Origin: a virus
Taxonomy: Duplodnaviria; Caudoviricetes
Strand: one strand, 5' to 3'
IMG/VR virus record: IMGVR_UViG_3300015608_002982
Coordinates: 1-64,000 of that record
DNA: 64,000 nucleotides
Shown here: in pieces, positions 17,254-26,511 of the stretch
Layout of the letters: every line of letters begins with the position of its first letter
Numbering within the stretch: the first letter of the stretch is position 1
Made by a program: the position numbers and the translations under genes
Notes under the pieces: model-generated
Told to the model about the DNA's origin: nothing
Seen by the model: only the letters and a program-made list of their open reading frames with translations
Database searches by the model: none

Positions 17254-19206
17254 ATGAAATTATTTAAGTATAACCAATTTTTAGGTGAAAAACCACTAAA
17301 TGAGAATCTTGATAAGGCAAAAAAGTTTATGAAAGAAACATATTTGCTGAAAACTGTTGCTACTGATCTTGGATTTATTGAAGGTGAATTAAAAGCACAG
17401 TTAGACCATAAAGAAAAGAGAAGTCTTACTTTAGGTGATTTTACTCCTGAGCAACAAGAAGAAATTAAACAAAAGTTAAGAACTACTAAATTAACAGACC
17501 AAGAAGTAAGAACTATTGAAAGAGATCCTGAATTCTTAAAGATTAGAGAGTTATTAGGTAATCAATATATTGGTTGGACTTATCCATTTACTTATTTCTA
17601 TTTTGTTGAAATGGTTTCATTAGATGAATTATTTAATAGTGAGGATTCTATATTTAATAAGTTAATTGAGTATAAAGGTTTGCTAGATAAACTACCAAAA
17701 AAGTTTGACCAAAACTTTATTGATGTTAATATTCCTAATAATGCTGAGGTTTTAATAGATGGCTTAGATTCATTAGAGGATTATAGAAAGATTAAGAAAG
17801 TATTTGATAAATTAACACCTGTTTTGAAAAAAGACTATACTGATTCACCTGAAGTTATTAAACAACAATTTGCTGAAGTTTGTAGAGGATTTGATCAATT
17901 AGGTGGTGATGATGAAGCCAAGAAAGAAAAACTTTGGAAATCATTTTTTGGTGAGGTGAGAACTATTGAAGCTGACCAAGTTATTCACGGTAGAGCATAT
18001 AAGAAAGGTGACAAGAGATACTTTGGTCCTCTTAACAGATATACAAATATTAGAGAATTCATCAAAGCTGGTCAAAACTATTTGAAATCATCTGAGAATG
18101 AAACAGTATTGGCTTTCTATGATAAGATTAATAACTGTAATGATAAATATGGTGCTTTAGGTGCTGATACAGTATTTGAAGAAAATGGTATCTTAATTAT
18201 TGAAGTTAAATCATTCCAAGCTAATCAATTCTTAAATGGACATACAAGACACTGTATTAAAGATTATTCTTCTCAGTGGGAAAACTATGTGGCTTCACAC
18301 GATAACAAACAGTATTATATCTATAACTTTAATATTCCTCAATATGATAACCTTTCAACAATTGGTATTACAATTGAGCCTGGTCAAAGAATTAGAGCTT
18401 GTCACGCTAAAGATGATGCTGGTATCTCAAGTAGAATTAAAGATATTCTAAAAGGCTGGGAAAGAGAATATGGTATTAAAGATGACCTTTTTGCTGAACT
18501 TAAACCAATGACCGGTGAAGAAGTTGAAAAGAGAAGAAGAGCTAAAGTTGCTGAAAGAGAGATTGTTAAGAAAGGTCTTACAATTGAACAAATCACAAGA
18601 TATGTAAAAGAAGATGGTGCTAACATCAATAAGGATAATTGTGTTGCTCTTTTACACGCAGTTGAGGAAAATGATTTAGATAAAGCAAAAGTAATTCTTG
18701 ATTTAGGTGGTTCGCCAAACTTGAGAAGTAAAGCAGATGCTATTATTAATAAAGCAACTACACTTGATATGATTAAGTTATTAGTTGCTAATGGTTCTGA
18801 ATTAACAGGTGAAGTATTTAATAATATTTGTGATGATTTAGATGCTGTTGAGTATTGCTTAAAGCAAGGATTAGATCCAAACTTTGATAACTTCCTTCCT
18901 ATTAGAAGATGTGTTAAAGGCTCTTGGAAAACTAAAGATGATATTGGTGAAGGTTACTTTGATGTGATGAAGCTACTTGTTAAATATGGTGCTAAATTAC
19001 AATCTGAGGGTAATAGATATATGCAACTTAAATGGGCAGCAGAATATGGTCGTTTAGATTTTATTGATTACATGATTGAAAAAGGTGTTAAAACTGGTTT
19101 CAAAGCGGCTCTTTCTTGGCTAAATCACAGTAGAAAAATTCCTGATGCTAAAAAGAAAGAAGTTGTTGCTTACTTAGAAGAGAAGATTAAACAATACGGA
19201 GAATAA
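17254..19206 (+). CDS. CTS-bearing protein with C-terminal ankyrin repeats
   Basis: MKLFKYNQFLGE; ALLHAVEENDLDKAKVILDLGG, LKWAAEYGRLDFIDYMIEKG. Confidence 0.75.
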   Translation: MKLFKYNQFLGEKPLNENLDKAKKFMKETYLLKTVATDLGFIEGELKAQLDHKEKRSLTLGDFTPEQQEEIKQKLRTTKLTDQEVRTIERDPEFLKIRELLGNQYIGWTYPFTYFYFVEMVSLDELFNSEDSIFNKLIEYKGLLDKLPKKFDQNFIDVNIPNNAEVLIDGLDSLEDYRKIKKVFDKLTPVLKKDYTDSPEVIKQQFAEVCRGFDQLGGDDEAKKEKLWKSFFGEVRTIEADQVIHGRAYKKGDKRYFGPLNRYTNIREFIKAGQNYLKSSENETVLAFYDKINNCNDKYGALGADTVFEENGILIIEVKSFQANQFLNGHTRHCIKDYSSQWENYVASHDNKQYYIYNFNIPQYDNLSTIGITIEPGQRIRACHAKDDAGISSRIKDILKGWEREYGIKDDLFAELKPMTGEEVEKRRRAKVAEREIVKKGLTIEQITRYVKEDGANINKDNCVALLHAVEENDLDKAKVILDLGGSPNLRSKADAIINKATTLDMIKLLVANGSELTGEVFNNICDDLDAVEYCLKQGLDPNFDNFLPIRRCVKGSWKTKDDIGEGYFDVMKLLVKYGAKLQSEGNRYMQLKWAAEYGRLDFIDYMIEKGVKTGFKAALSWLNHSRKIPDAKKKEVVAYLEEKIKQYGE

Positions 19207-19209
19207 AAT

Positions 19210-19236
19210 AAAAACCCACCAATTGGTGGGTTTTTT
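19210..19236. terminator. Bidirectional intrinsic terminator
   Basis: AAAAACCCACC-AATT-GGTGGGTTTTTT. Confidence 0.9.
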
Positions 19237-19237
19237 A

Positions 19238-19897
19238 TTAGATAGATAAGAATATTTCTTTATCACCGTTTACCTCTTGTAGTAAGTATTTCTCGCCGTG
19301 TAAGGCTTTTACTCGTTTAAGCCAATCTAAGGTTTTAACTTTTACCACCCAAACTTCATCCTTTTTGTTTTTTGTTTTTGTAATTCCTTTTACAATAACA
19401 CCTTCTTTTAGATTGTAATCATTATTTCTAATAGATTCTATAAAGTCAAGTGTATAAGGTCCCTGATATACAACATCCGGTATATGTAAGTGACCAAAGT
19501 CTTCAATAAAGTTTTTTGGTGTCACAAATCCATGCTTATACATATTAACATCAAATAAAATAATGTCTTTTTTATCTGAGTCGTAATGTCTACCGGCAAA
19601 TGAGTTCTCACCTACATATTCAGCAAAAACAACAAAGCTTTCAATTCTTTTATAGCTTTTGTTATCTCTGAATACTTTAGGTAAAGTATCACCATATTTA
19701 TTTTTAAATAAAGTAATAGCCTCACCAAATTGTTCATGTGTTTCATCTATCATCGTGTTTCTGGTACCAAACTTATACCAACCACGTTTAGGATTCCATT
19801 CAGCACGAATATTTGAACCATCAAGCTTATCAAAAGCATAGATGTATTCGTTGAATAAACCTTTATTATAATAAGGTATTTTACAATATGTCTTCAT
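19238..19897 (-). CDS. RNA ligase, Rnl2-like nucleotidyltransferase core
   Basis: Motif I FDKLDGSN, VFAEY, ILFDV, KEGVIVK, KVKT. Confidence 0.8.
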   Translation of the reverse strand: MKTYCKIPYYNKGLFNEYIYAFDKLDGSNIRAEWNPKRGWYKFGTRNTMIDETHEQFGEAITLFKNKYGDTLPKVFRDNKSYKRIESFVVFAEYVGENSFAGRHYDSDKKDIILFDVNMYKHGFVTPKNFIEDFGHLHIPDVVYQGPYTLDFIESIRNNDYNLKEGVIVKGITKTKNKKDEVWVVKVKTLDWLKRVKALHGEKYLLQEVNGDKEIFLSI

Positions 19898-20762
19898 TAA
19901 ATAGTATATTTAACCATTTATTTTTATATGATGCAGCGTATGCGCCTGAGTTATTTTTTTGAAAATCATTTTTGTTTTTATATTTTAATGACTCTTTTTT
20001 ACACTCCTCAAAGTTCCAGTGTCCCTTAGGTTTTCTTATAGATAACATGTGTGAGCATATTTCATTAAGCCATCCATTTTTTTGAGCAGATCGATAGGCA
20101 CTTTGAGATTTCACTTGAAATTCTGATCTATATTTATATTTTAATGATTCTTCAAGACATCTATCTTTTGTCCAATATAAAGACTTATTCATATCACCAG
20201 TGCTACCTATACCACCAGCTTTTATTTTATTTAAAATATTAAAGCCTTTTGTCTTATATAGACTAATATATTCAACCTCTTTTTTTATAGCCTCTTGTAT
20301 ATCTATATAATCTGTTAATTTAATCAATTTAAAATCCCCGCATTTTTTTAAGTGGTTAAAAACAGTTCCTTTTAACATGTGTTGTTGATTTCTCCTTTCT
20401 ATGTTTTTTGTCAATCCAACATAAATAAATTTATCAGCAAATTCATAAACATATATACATCTTTTATCGTTAACGTAGTTATTACTCATGTGTGAGAACA
20501 TATAAATCCATCCATTTTTAATTATTTTTTTATACACACTTGGATTATTTGAATATAATTTAGACCTATTTCCATACTTTAAGGATTCAATATGACATTC
20601 ATTTTTACTCCATATTTTTACTGGCATCATGTGAGTGCATATTTCATCTAACCAATTATTTTTTAAAGCTGACATATATGCTCCTCTGTGATTTTTTTCA
20701 AATTCGCTTCTTTTTTGATAATATGAAGCAACCCTTATACATTCATCCTTCGTCCATTTCAT
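19881..20762 (-). CDS. GIY-YIG-type homing endonuclease with repeated WTKDxC..ESLKY modules
   Basis: CIYVYEF..IYVGLT..RRNQQH..EVEYI..GFNILN. Confidence 0.75.
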   Translation of the reverse strand: MKWTKDECIRVASYYQKRSEFEKNHRGAYMSALKNNWLDEICTHMMPVKIWSKNECHIESLKYGNRSKLYSNNPSVYKKIIKNGWIYMFSHMSNNYVNDKRCIYVYEFADKFIYVGLTKNIERRNQQHMLKGTVFNHLKKCGDFKLIKLTDYIDIQEAIKKEVEYISLYKTKGFNILNKIKAGGIGSTGDMNKSLYWTKDRCLEESLKYKYRSEFQVKSQSAYRSAQKNGWLNEICSHMLSIRKPKGHWNFEECKKESLKYKNKNDFQKNNSGAYAASYKNKWLNILFNEDIL

Positions 20763-20804
20763 TTTTTTGATTTTTATTTTATATATTAAAATTAAAAAAT
20801 GAAA
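20757..20804 (-). promoter_or_regulatory. 11-bp inverted repeat enclosing a late promoter and occluding the HEG start codon
   Basis: TTTCATTTTTT (20757-20767, contains the start) / AAAAAATGAAA (20794-20804); AATATATA on the minus strand at 20780-20787. Confidence 0.6.
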
Positions 20805-20835
20805 AATTATACAATTACTACAATAAAGGATTTCA

Positions 20836-21540
20836 TTATTTTAATTTATTTTTAATTAGTTCTGATGTGTTGAAATCGTCTCTTCTTGTAAATTGACTAT
20901 TTACAATCTTAAATGATCTATCAACCCAACCATTTTTACATTGTTTAATAACAATACCTTCTCTTATACCATCTCTATAGTCAGACGATAGTTCTGATTC
21001 CATTACAATCTCATTAATGCTGTTGAATTTCATATATTTAGACTTTATGAAACTAATTTTAGTATTTGACATAAGTTCTTCAAATATATCTGTTGATAGA
21101 TATTTTTTATCCTCAACAACATAGATATCAAATGCTAAAAACCAATCAGGTAGTTTATCATAATGTATTGAGTGTTGCGCAATCATCCACTCACCATATA
21201 TTGTTATTGGAGACATTAACTTTTTTGAAAGGTATTTAATATCTTCGCTGTGTTCATGTATCCAATTCCAAGCTGGACGAAATTGTAGCTTTGCTGGTGT
21301 TTCTTTTTTGATATAACCTTTTCTTAGAACTTTATTTCTATTTCTAAGTATAGCTGAGTCAAGCCAAGAAACACCAACATTTGATCCATCTACTTTTTCT
21401 TGAACATAGCCCTCAAATGGTAGTTCAACATCAATCAAAATATCATCATGTGTCATATTAGATATGTTTTTATCTAAATGTGCAATCCTTGTATATTCTG
21501 GGGATATATTGTATAAATTATTTATCTGTTTCATTTTCAT
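20836..21540 (-). CDS. RNA ligase, Rnl2-like
   Basis: VQEKVDGSNV, IYGEW, FLAFDI, REGIVIK, FKIV. Confidence 0.85.
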   Translation of the reverse strand: MKMKQINNLYNISPEYTRIAHLDKNISNMTHDDILIDVELPFEGYVQEKVDGSNVGVSWLDSAILRNRNKVLRKGYIKKETPAKLQFRPAWNWIHEHSEDIKYLSKKLMSPITIYGEWMIAQHSIHYDKLPDWFLAFDIYVVEDKKYLSTDIFEELMSNTKISFIKSKYMKFNSINEIVMESELSSDYRDGIREGIVIKQCKNGWVDRSFKIVNSQFTRRDDFNTSELIKNKLK

Positions 21541-22168
21541 TTAGTATTAGTAATCTATCTACACCTATAGCGAAGCCTACTCCACCTTCATATGAACCAC
21601 CGCCACAAACTTGTTTTGATGATCCTAACTCAGGACAAGCAATTTCAAATCCTTTACCACCTTTATAGTAGTCAAGTCCTCTAGTTGCATCTAGATTGAT
21701 TTCATAATTTTTTGTAACTAATTCAATTAGTTTAGTAGCAATCTCAACCATTTCTTCTGAATAGTCTTTAGAAGGATTTAAAACTTCAACACCGAATTGA
21801 GTGAATTGTCTCCATCTTCCAGCTTGTGTGTTTTCACCTCTAAAACATTCACCAATGTAAAACATCTTTACATCTTTTGTGAACTTGAACTTTTCAGTTG
21901 ACAATTGTTGAACAATTGCTGTGTATTCAGGACTTAAACATAAATCACGATTACCTCTATCTTTGAAGTTAAACATCATGTTTCTGTTTTCGTCTCCTAC
22001 TTTAGATTGAAATGTTTCTTGTTTCTGGATAACGGGTATCATTATTTCTTGATACCCATATGATTCCAGAATTTCAATCATTTGATTGAGTAAAACTCTT
22101 TTACTTTTAGCTTTATTAGCAAAAAGGATTCTTGTTCCTTTATATGTGCTATTTAATTTGATTTCCAT
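21518..22168 (-). CDS. hisS: Minimal histidyl-tRNA synthetase (catalytic core only, no anticodon-binding domain)
   Basis: KGTR, YGYQEI..P (motif 1), DRGNRDLCLSPEYT, FRGENTQAGRWRQFTQ (motif 2), GLDYY, GGGSY..GFAIGVDRL (motif 3); only 216 aa. Confidence 0.8.
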   Translation of the reverse strand: MEIKLNSTYKGTRILFANKAKSKRVLLNQMIEILESYGYQEIMIPVIQKQETFQSKVGDENRNMMFNFKDRGNRDLCLSPEYTAIVQQLSTEKFKFTKDVKMFYIGECFRGENTQAGRWRQFTQFGVEVLNPSKDYSEEMVEIATKLIELVTKNYEINLDATRGLDYYKGGKGFEIACPELGSSKQVCGGGSYEGGVGFAIGVDRLLILNENETDK

Positions 22169-22204
22169 TTTTTTATTTTTTTTAGTCTTTGTTTAATCAC
22201 TATA

Positions 22205-22909
22205 TCATTCTTTATATCTAAAAATGTATTCACATTTAGCATATCTACCAGTTAGAAATTTACTAATTTTAGACCTATTTATATTTAAATTTCTAGATGC
22301 TTCGCTTATTGAGATGAACTCGTAAAGTAAGTTTCCTTCTCCATCATATACCAAAATAGATTTATTAAAAGCATTATTCTTTTTAATTAGATTAATTGTA
22401 TTTTCTGAATATACGCCACTTCTACCCTTGTTCCAGGGAACTTGACCAATATGTGATAATGATTGTTTTCTTCTATGTTCTTCACTTCTATTTGTTTTTT
22501 TAGTTCCTTTTAAGATTTTGGACATTTTTTTACCAAAGTCAACTTTATATTCATCTGAAACTTCTCTCCAAAATTTTTTAGACCTTTCTGATATTACCTT
22601 TTTATACTCTTCACTGTATGGTTTTCTACTTGAGTTTCCACTTCCACCATTTATCTTATTCACTAATTTAAATCCAATTTCATTGAATATGTTAATGCAG
22701 AATTTTTCAAAAAAATTAGCATCTTCTCTACTCATTTCCTTCTTTAGAAATCCATAATAGTAGCCTTCTTTGTCCACAATCTCATTCCACTCTTTACTTC
22801 TTCTTGATTTTGTCTTTATTCTATTCTTTTGTCCAAATCCTATGTAAAACGGTAGGTCTGTTTCTTTAGAAATATGTATATAAACATAAAATATATTTTC
22901 TTTATTCAT
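22205..22909 (-). CDS. GIY-YIG homing endonuclease with NUMOD3/NUMOD1 modules
   Basis: FYVYIH..PFYIG..NRI; RSEEHRRKQS, PWNKG, FISISEASRNL. Confidence 0.8.
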   Translation of the reverse strand: MNKENIFYVYIHISKETDLPFYIGFGQKNRIKTKSRRSKEWNEIVDKEGYYYGFLKKEMSREDANFFEKFCINIFNEIGFKLVNKINGGSGNSSRKPYSEEYKKVISERSKKFWREVSDEYKVDFGKKMSKILKGTKKTNRSEEHRRKQSLSHIGQVPWNKGRSGVYSENTINLIKKNNAFNKSILVYDGEGNLLYEFISISEASRNLNINRSKISKFLTGRYAKCEYIFRYKE

Positions 22910-23105
22910 AATAATTTTCTATTTCATTTTTTATGTATATATTAATATTTCTACGCTCTGCTCTTTTAGCCGCTCTTTGTTCTCTTTTAAGATCATCTTT
23001 AATTCTTTTTCTGACCTTAGGTTCAGTGATATGATGGAGTTTTCTTTTTCTTTTCCTGATACTTTCAACTTTGTCTTCGTACCAAGTTATATCTTTTGTT
23101 TTCAT
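22902..23105 (-). CDS. Small, highly basic protein; first gene after the attenuator
   Basis: 67 aa, K/R-rich (RKRKRK, KREQRAAKRAERR). Confidence 0.65.
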   Translation of the reverse strand: MKTKDITWYEDKVESIRKRKRKLHHITEPKVRKRIKDDLKREQRAAKRAERRNINIYIKNEIENYYE

Positions 23106-23131
23106 ACTTTATTTTCTAATTTTTTTAAAAT

Positions 23132-23160
23132 AAAAAAGCCCAGTCGTTGATTGACTGGGC
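23132..23160 (-). terminator. Attenuator terminator hairpin
   Basis: Minus strand GCCCAGTC-AATCAAC-GACTGGGC-TTTTTT, located between the leader ORF and the first gene. Confidence 0.9.
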
Positions 23161-23184
23161 CATACATAAAAATGCTTAGCTGGG

Positions 23185-23229
23185 CTATGTCCAGTCAATC
23201 GGAATTTTGTATGTATGTAAAGTTCTCAT
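23185..23229 (-). CDS. 14-aa leader peptide MRTLHTYKIPIDWT
   Basis: Its GATTGACTGG segment is complementary to CCAGTCAATC of the terminator 5' arm and loop. Confidence 0.75.
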   Translation of the reverse strand: MRTLHTYKIPIDWT

Positions 23230-23274
23230 TGTTCGTTATATATTACTTTTTAATATTGTTTATTTTCTACTATG

Positions 23275-23305
23275 CAAATATAGTAAATATTTTTTACTTA
23301 CCAAA
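23275..23305 (-). promoter_or_regulatory. Bacteroidota housekeeping-sigma promoter driving the leader
   Basis: Minus strand TTTG (23305-23302) - 19 nt - TATATTTG (23282-23275). Confidence 0.75.
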
Positions 23306-23343
23306 TTAAACATATCTAGTTTTTGTAATTTAATATATAACTT

Positions 23344-24144
23344 ATGGAAAATACAAAAGTTTGTAAAAACTGTTTAGATATTAAAACATTTGATTGTTTT
23401 TATAAAAAACCAAATGGTAAAAAAGGCTATATATCAATATGCAAAGAGTGTCATTTGAAAAAAAGTAAGAAATATAATACTAAAAATTCAGAGTCACTAA
23501 AGGAATATAAAAAACAATATAGAGAAGAAAATAAAGAATTTATCTTAAAAAAAGAAAAAGATAAAAGAGATAGTTTGACAGATTATGAAAAGGAGTTAAA
23601 AAGTTTATATCAAAAAGAGTGGAGACAGAAAAACGCTGATAAAATGAAAGAATATGATAAGAATTATTATAACGATAATAAAGATCTAATACTTACTAGA
23701 GCTTCAAAGTATAGAGTTGAGAATAGAGAGAAAATTAAAGAATATCTATCAAATTATAAGCCCATTAGAAATGAAAAAAGAAATGAAAGATTAAAAACTG
23801 ATATTGTTTTTTTATTAGAGAAAAAAATTAGAAATTATATATATGAATCATTTAAGAACAACGGGTATAAGAAATCTTCAAAAACTGAAAGTATTTTAGG
23901 TTGTTCATTTGACGACTTTAGACTATACTTAGAATCAAAATTTGAACCTTGGATGACCTGGGAAAATAGAGGTCTATATAACGGTGAGTTAAACTATGGT
24001 TGGGATATAGACCATATTATACCTATTTCGTCTGCAGAATCAGAAGATGATGTGATAAGATTAAACCATTATACTAACTTGCAACCTCTATGTAGTTATA
24101 TAAATAGATATATTAAGAGAGATTCAATAAATATTGATAGATGA
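23344..24144 (+). CDS. HNH-type homing endonuclease (Cys-rich N-terminus, long helical linker)
   Basis: CKNC..CKEC; LGCSFDDF..WMTWEN..WDIDHIIP..HYTNLQPL. Confidence 0.8.
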   Translation: MENTKVCKNCLDIKTFDCFYKKPNGKKGYISICKECHLKKSKKYNTKNSESLKEYKKQYREENKEFILKKEKDKRDSLTDYEKELKSLYQKEWRQKNADKMKEYDKNYYNDNKDLILTRASKYRVENREKIKEYLSNYKPIRNEKRNERLKTDIVFLLEKKIRNYIYESFKNNGYKKSSKTESILGCSFDDFRLYLESKFEPWMTWENRGLYNGELNYGWDIDHIIPISSAESEDDVIRLNHYTNLQPLCSYINRYIKRDSINIDR

Positions 24145-24829
24145 TATAAGAATCACAAAGATCTTCATATGGCTTTGGTGTAGTAGACATTGGTAGGATA
24201 TCATCTTTTATCTCAATACAGTGTTTTGTCCAAAAATCTTTATTTTTTTCATTTTCAACAATAGACCTAAATATTTCAGTTTTGGTAAATTTTCCACCAG
24301 GAATACCCATATTGTTTCTCCATATGTATTCAAATCTTGCCTTTTTACCACCTATTTCCTTTATTGTTGGTTTGTATGTTAATTTGCACGCCTCCAACTT
24401 GAGTGTTGACGGAGATAGAACTGTTATATCTTCTGAAACTCTATCAAATAGTTTCTTTCTTAAAAGTGTTGAGAAGGTAACAAGGTCAATAAGGTCACCT
24501 ACTTGAGCACCAAAGTTATAACCTTCAATTCCAATCTTAGTCTCTTTTAGAGGATCGATATTAGCAAGAATATCTTTAACTATTTCATCAGTAATTAAAT
24601 CATAATCTTTTAATTTAACTAACTCACCTTCAGAGTAATCCTCAAATTCTCTGTATTCAATAAATTTATAAGTTACATATTGTTCGGCTGATTTGAACCA
24701 CTTAGTGATTCCTTTCTTACCAAATACTTTAGATTCTCTACAATAGTTGTAGATTTTAAATGTATCACCAGAACTAACCACAAGTGCTGTTGATATTAAT
24801 GAAGGGTCAATTGCGACAATATTACACAT
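24113..24829 (-). CDS. RuvC-like Holliday junction resolvase
   Basis: IVAIDPSL, IGIEGY, SPSTLK, EDLCDSY acidic tetrad pattern. Confidence 0.75.
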   Translation of the reverse strand: MCNIVAIDPSLISTALVVSSGDTFKIYNYCRESKVFGKKGITKWFKSAEQYVTYKFIEYREFEDYSEGELVKLKDYDLITDEIVKDILANIDPLKETKIGIEGYNFGAQVGDLIDLVTFSTLLRKKLFDRVSEDITVLSPSTLKLEACKLTYKPTIKEIGGKKARFEYIWRNNMGIPGGKFTKTEIFRSIVENEKNKDFWTKHCIEIKDDILPMSTTPKPYEDLCDSYIIYQYLLNLS

Positions 24830-25442
24830 TAGCCTTATCTACTTTTATATCTCTGTTAAATTTAGAACAGAGTGGTTGTAGGTTTGTGTAGTGATTTAAC
24901 CTTATTATATCTTCTTCCGATATTGCACTTGATACTGGTATTATGTGGTCTATATCCCAACCATAATATAACTCACCGTTATATTTTCCGTAATTTTCCC
25001 AAGACATCCAAGATTCAAACTTTGATTCTAAATACGCCTTGAAATCTTCAAACTCACAACCAAGTATGTCTATAGTTTTTGATTTTTTTGAATATCCGTT
25101 TCTTCTTATAGAATTACCTATCAATGACCTTATTTGACCTTTTAATTTGTAAAAAGAATCTTTATCTCTCTTTTCTTTGTTGTATCTTTTCTTATTTTCG
25201 TTAAGTCTTTCTTTATTTAATTGGTAATATATTGATTTCTTTTCTTTTATCTTATTAGATGATTTTAATCTATATTCTTTATTCTTTATAAGAATAATTT
25301 CTTTATTTTCTTTATAGTGATCTTTTGCATAAGACTTTCTACATTCTTTGCATTGATTTCTATACCCATCAATTGAATTATCTCTCTTTGTAAAACAATT
25401 TATTTCTTTATTTTCTTTACAAGTTATACATATCTTATACAT
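24822..25442 (-). CDS. HNH-type homing endonuclease, paralog of 23344..24144
   Basis: CITC..CKEC; LGCEFEDF..WMSWEN..WDIDHIIP..HYTNLQPL. Confidence 0.8.
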   Translation of the reverse strand: MYKICITCKENKEINCFTKRDNSIDGYRNQCKECRKSYAKDHYKENKEIILIKNKEYRLKSSNKIKEKKSIYYQLNKERLNENKKRYNKEKRDKDSFYKLKGQIRSLIGNSIRRNGYSKKSKTIDILGCEFEDFKAYLESKFESWMSWENYGKYNGELYYGWDIDHIIPVSSAISEEDIIRLNHYTNLQPLCSKFNRDIKVDKANV

Positions 25443-25485
25443 ACAACTATATATTAAATTTATTGCCTTTAATCATTTAATATAT

Positions 25486-26109
25486 ATGATTATGAGAAAC
25501 ATCAAAAAATACGAAGACTTCCTAAATGAAGAAGTCAATTTAAAGAAAGCTTTAACAACTGGTGCTTTAGCTGCTGGTATGATGTTGAGTAATCCAGTTT
25601 ATTCACAGACAAAAACAAATACAACAAAAACAGAGGAAACTTCTAAAAAAGACAACCTATATTACATATCAACATCTTCTAAATCAGGTCTTAATGGACC
25701 TTACAATAAAGATCCTGTTAAAAATATTAAATTCGCAGTTACACCTTATGTTGTTGATACATTAGGTTTGAGTTTGGTAGAGTTAGAAAAAATTTATTTA
25801 AAAGCTCTTGAGACTGCCAAGATAAAACTATTATTATCTAGTAGTTTAAAAGATAAAAAAACATTTGATTATAAATCAAATGAAAATGGTATTATTGGTG
25901 GTATAGTTTCAATTGAAGAACTTCGTAGACAAGGTCCTGAATTTAGTAGTGATAAAGATTTATACATATCTTTTAGTTTTACTTGTGATGGTAATGAATA
26001 TGTTGTTGGTATAGAATGTTATCTCTCTGCTGCAAAAAGTGGAAATATCCCCTATAATGCTATAGGTGTTACAAAGGTATGTTGTGGTCCTTGGGAGCCA
26101 TTTGAATAA
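25486..26109 (+). CDS. CTS-bearing protein with internal signal-peptide-like segment
   Basis: MRNIKKYEDFLNEE then VNLKKALTTGALAAGMMLSNPVYS-Q. Confidence 0.65.
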   Translation: MIMRNIKKYEDFLNEEVNLKKALTTGALAAGMMLSNPVYSQTKTNTTKTEETSKKDNLYYISTSSKSGLNGPYNKDPVKNIKFAVTPYVVDTLGLSLVELEKIYLKALETAKIKLLLSSSLKDKKTFDYKSNENGIIGGIVSIEELRRQGPEFSSDKDLYISFSFTCDGNEYVVGIECYLSAAKSGNIPYNAIGVTKVCCGPWEPFE

Positions 26110-26511
26110 CTACCACCTCTTTTCTGTATCTTTTGGTGTGTGTCCTATTTTACTTACTACTAACTCATAATAAGCATCATTTACTCCAAAATCAGATGAA
26201 TAGACATAAAGATTAAACTCTTTTAGGTGTTCATTTACATCACGAATTAACTCAAATATTTTTGGCTCAACGTAATGTAAGACCGGTAAGTCACTTGGAA
26301 AATCTATATCTTTATGATTAAAAACCACAATAAAACATTTGTCATCTTTTTCTACTAATGATGATTGTAGAGAATCTTCAACATAATATTCTAGCGAAGG
26401 AAACTCATCAGTTATGTGATAAAGTATTTCGGATAAGTCTTGGTGTGTAATACCAAAATCATTTTTTAATGAAAATCCTTCAGTTATAAATTGTGAGTAT
26501 TTCTTTATCAT
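26110..26511 (-). CDS. Hypothetical protein with CTS-like N-terminus
   Basis: MIKKYSQFITE. Confidence 0.6.
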   Translation of the reverse strand: MIKKYSQFITEGFSLKNDFGITHQDLSEILYHITDEFPSLEYYVEDSLQSSLVEKDDKCFIVVFNHKDIDFPSDLPVLHYVEPKIFELIRDVNEHLKEFNLYVYSSDFGVNDAYYELVVSKIGHTPKDTEKRW

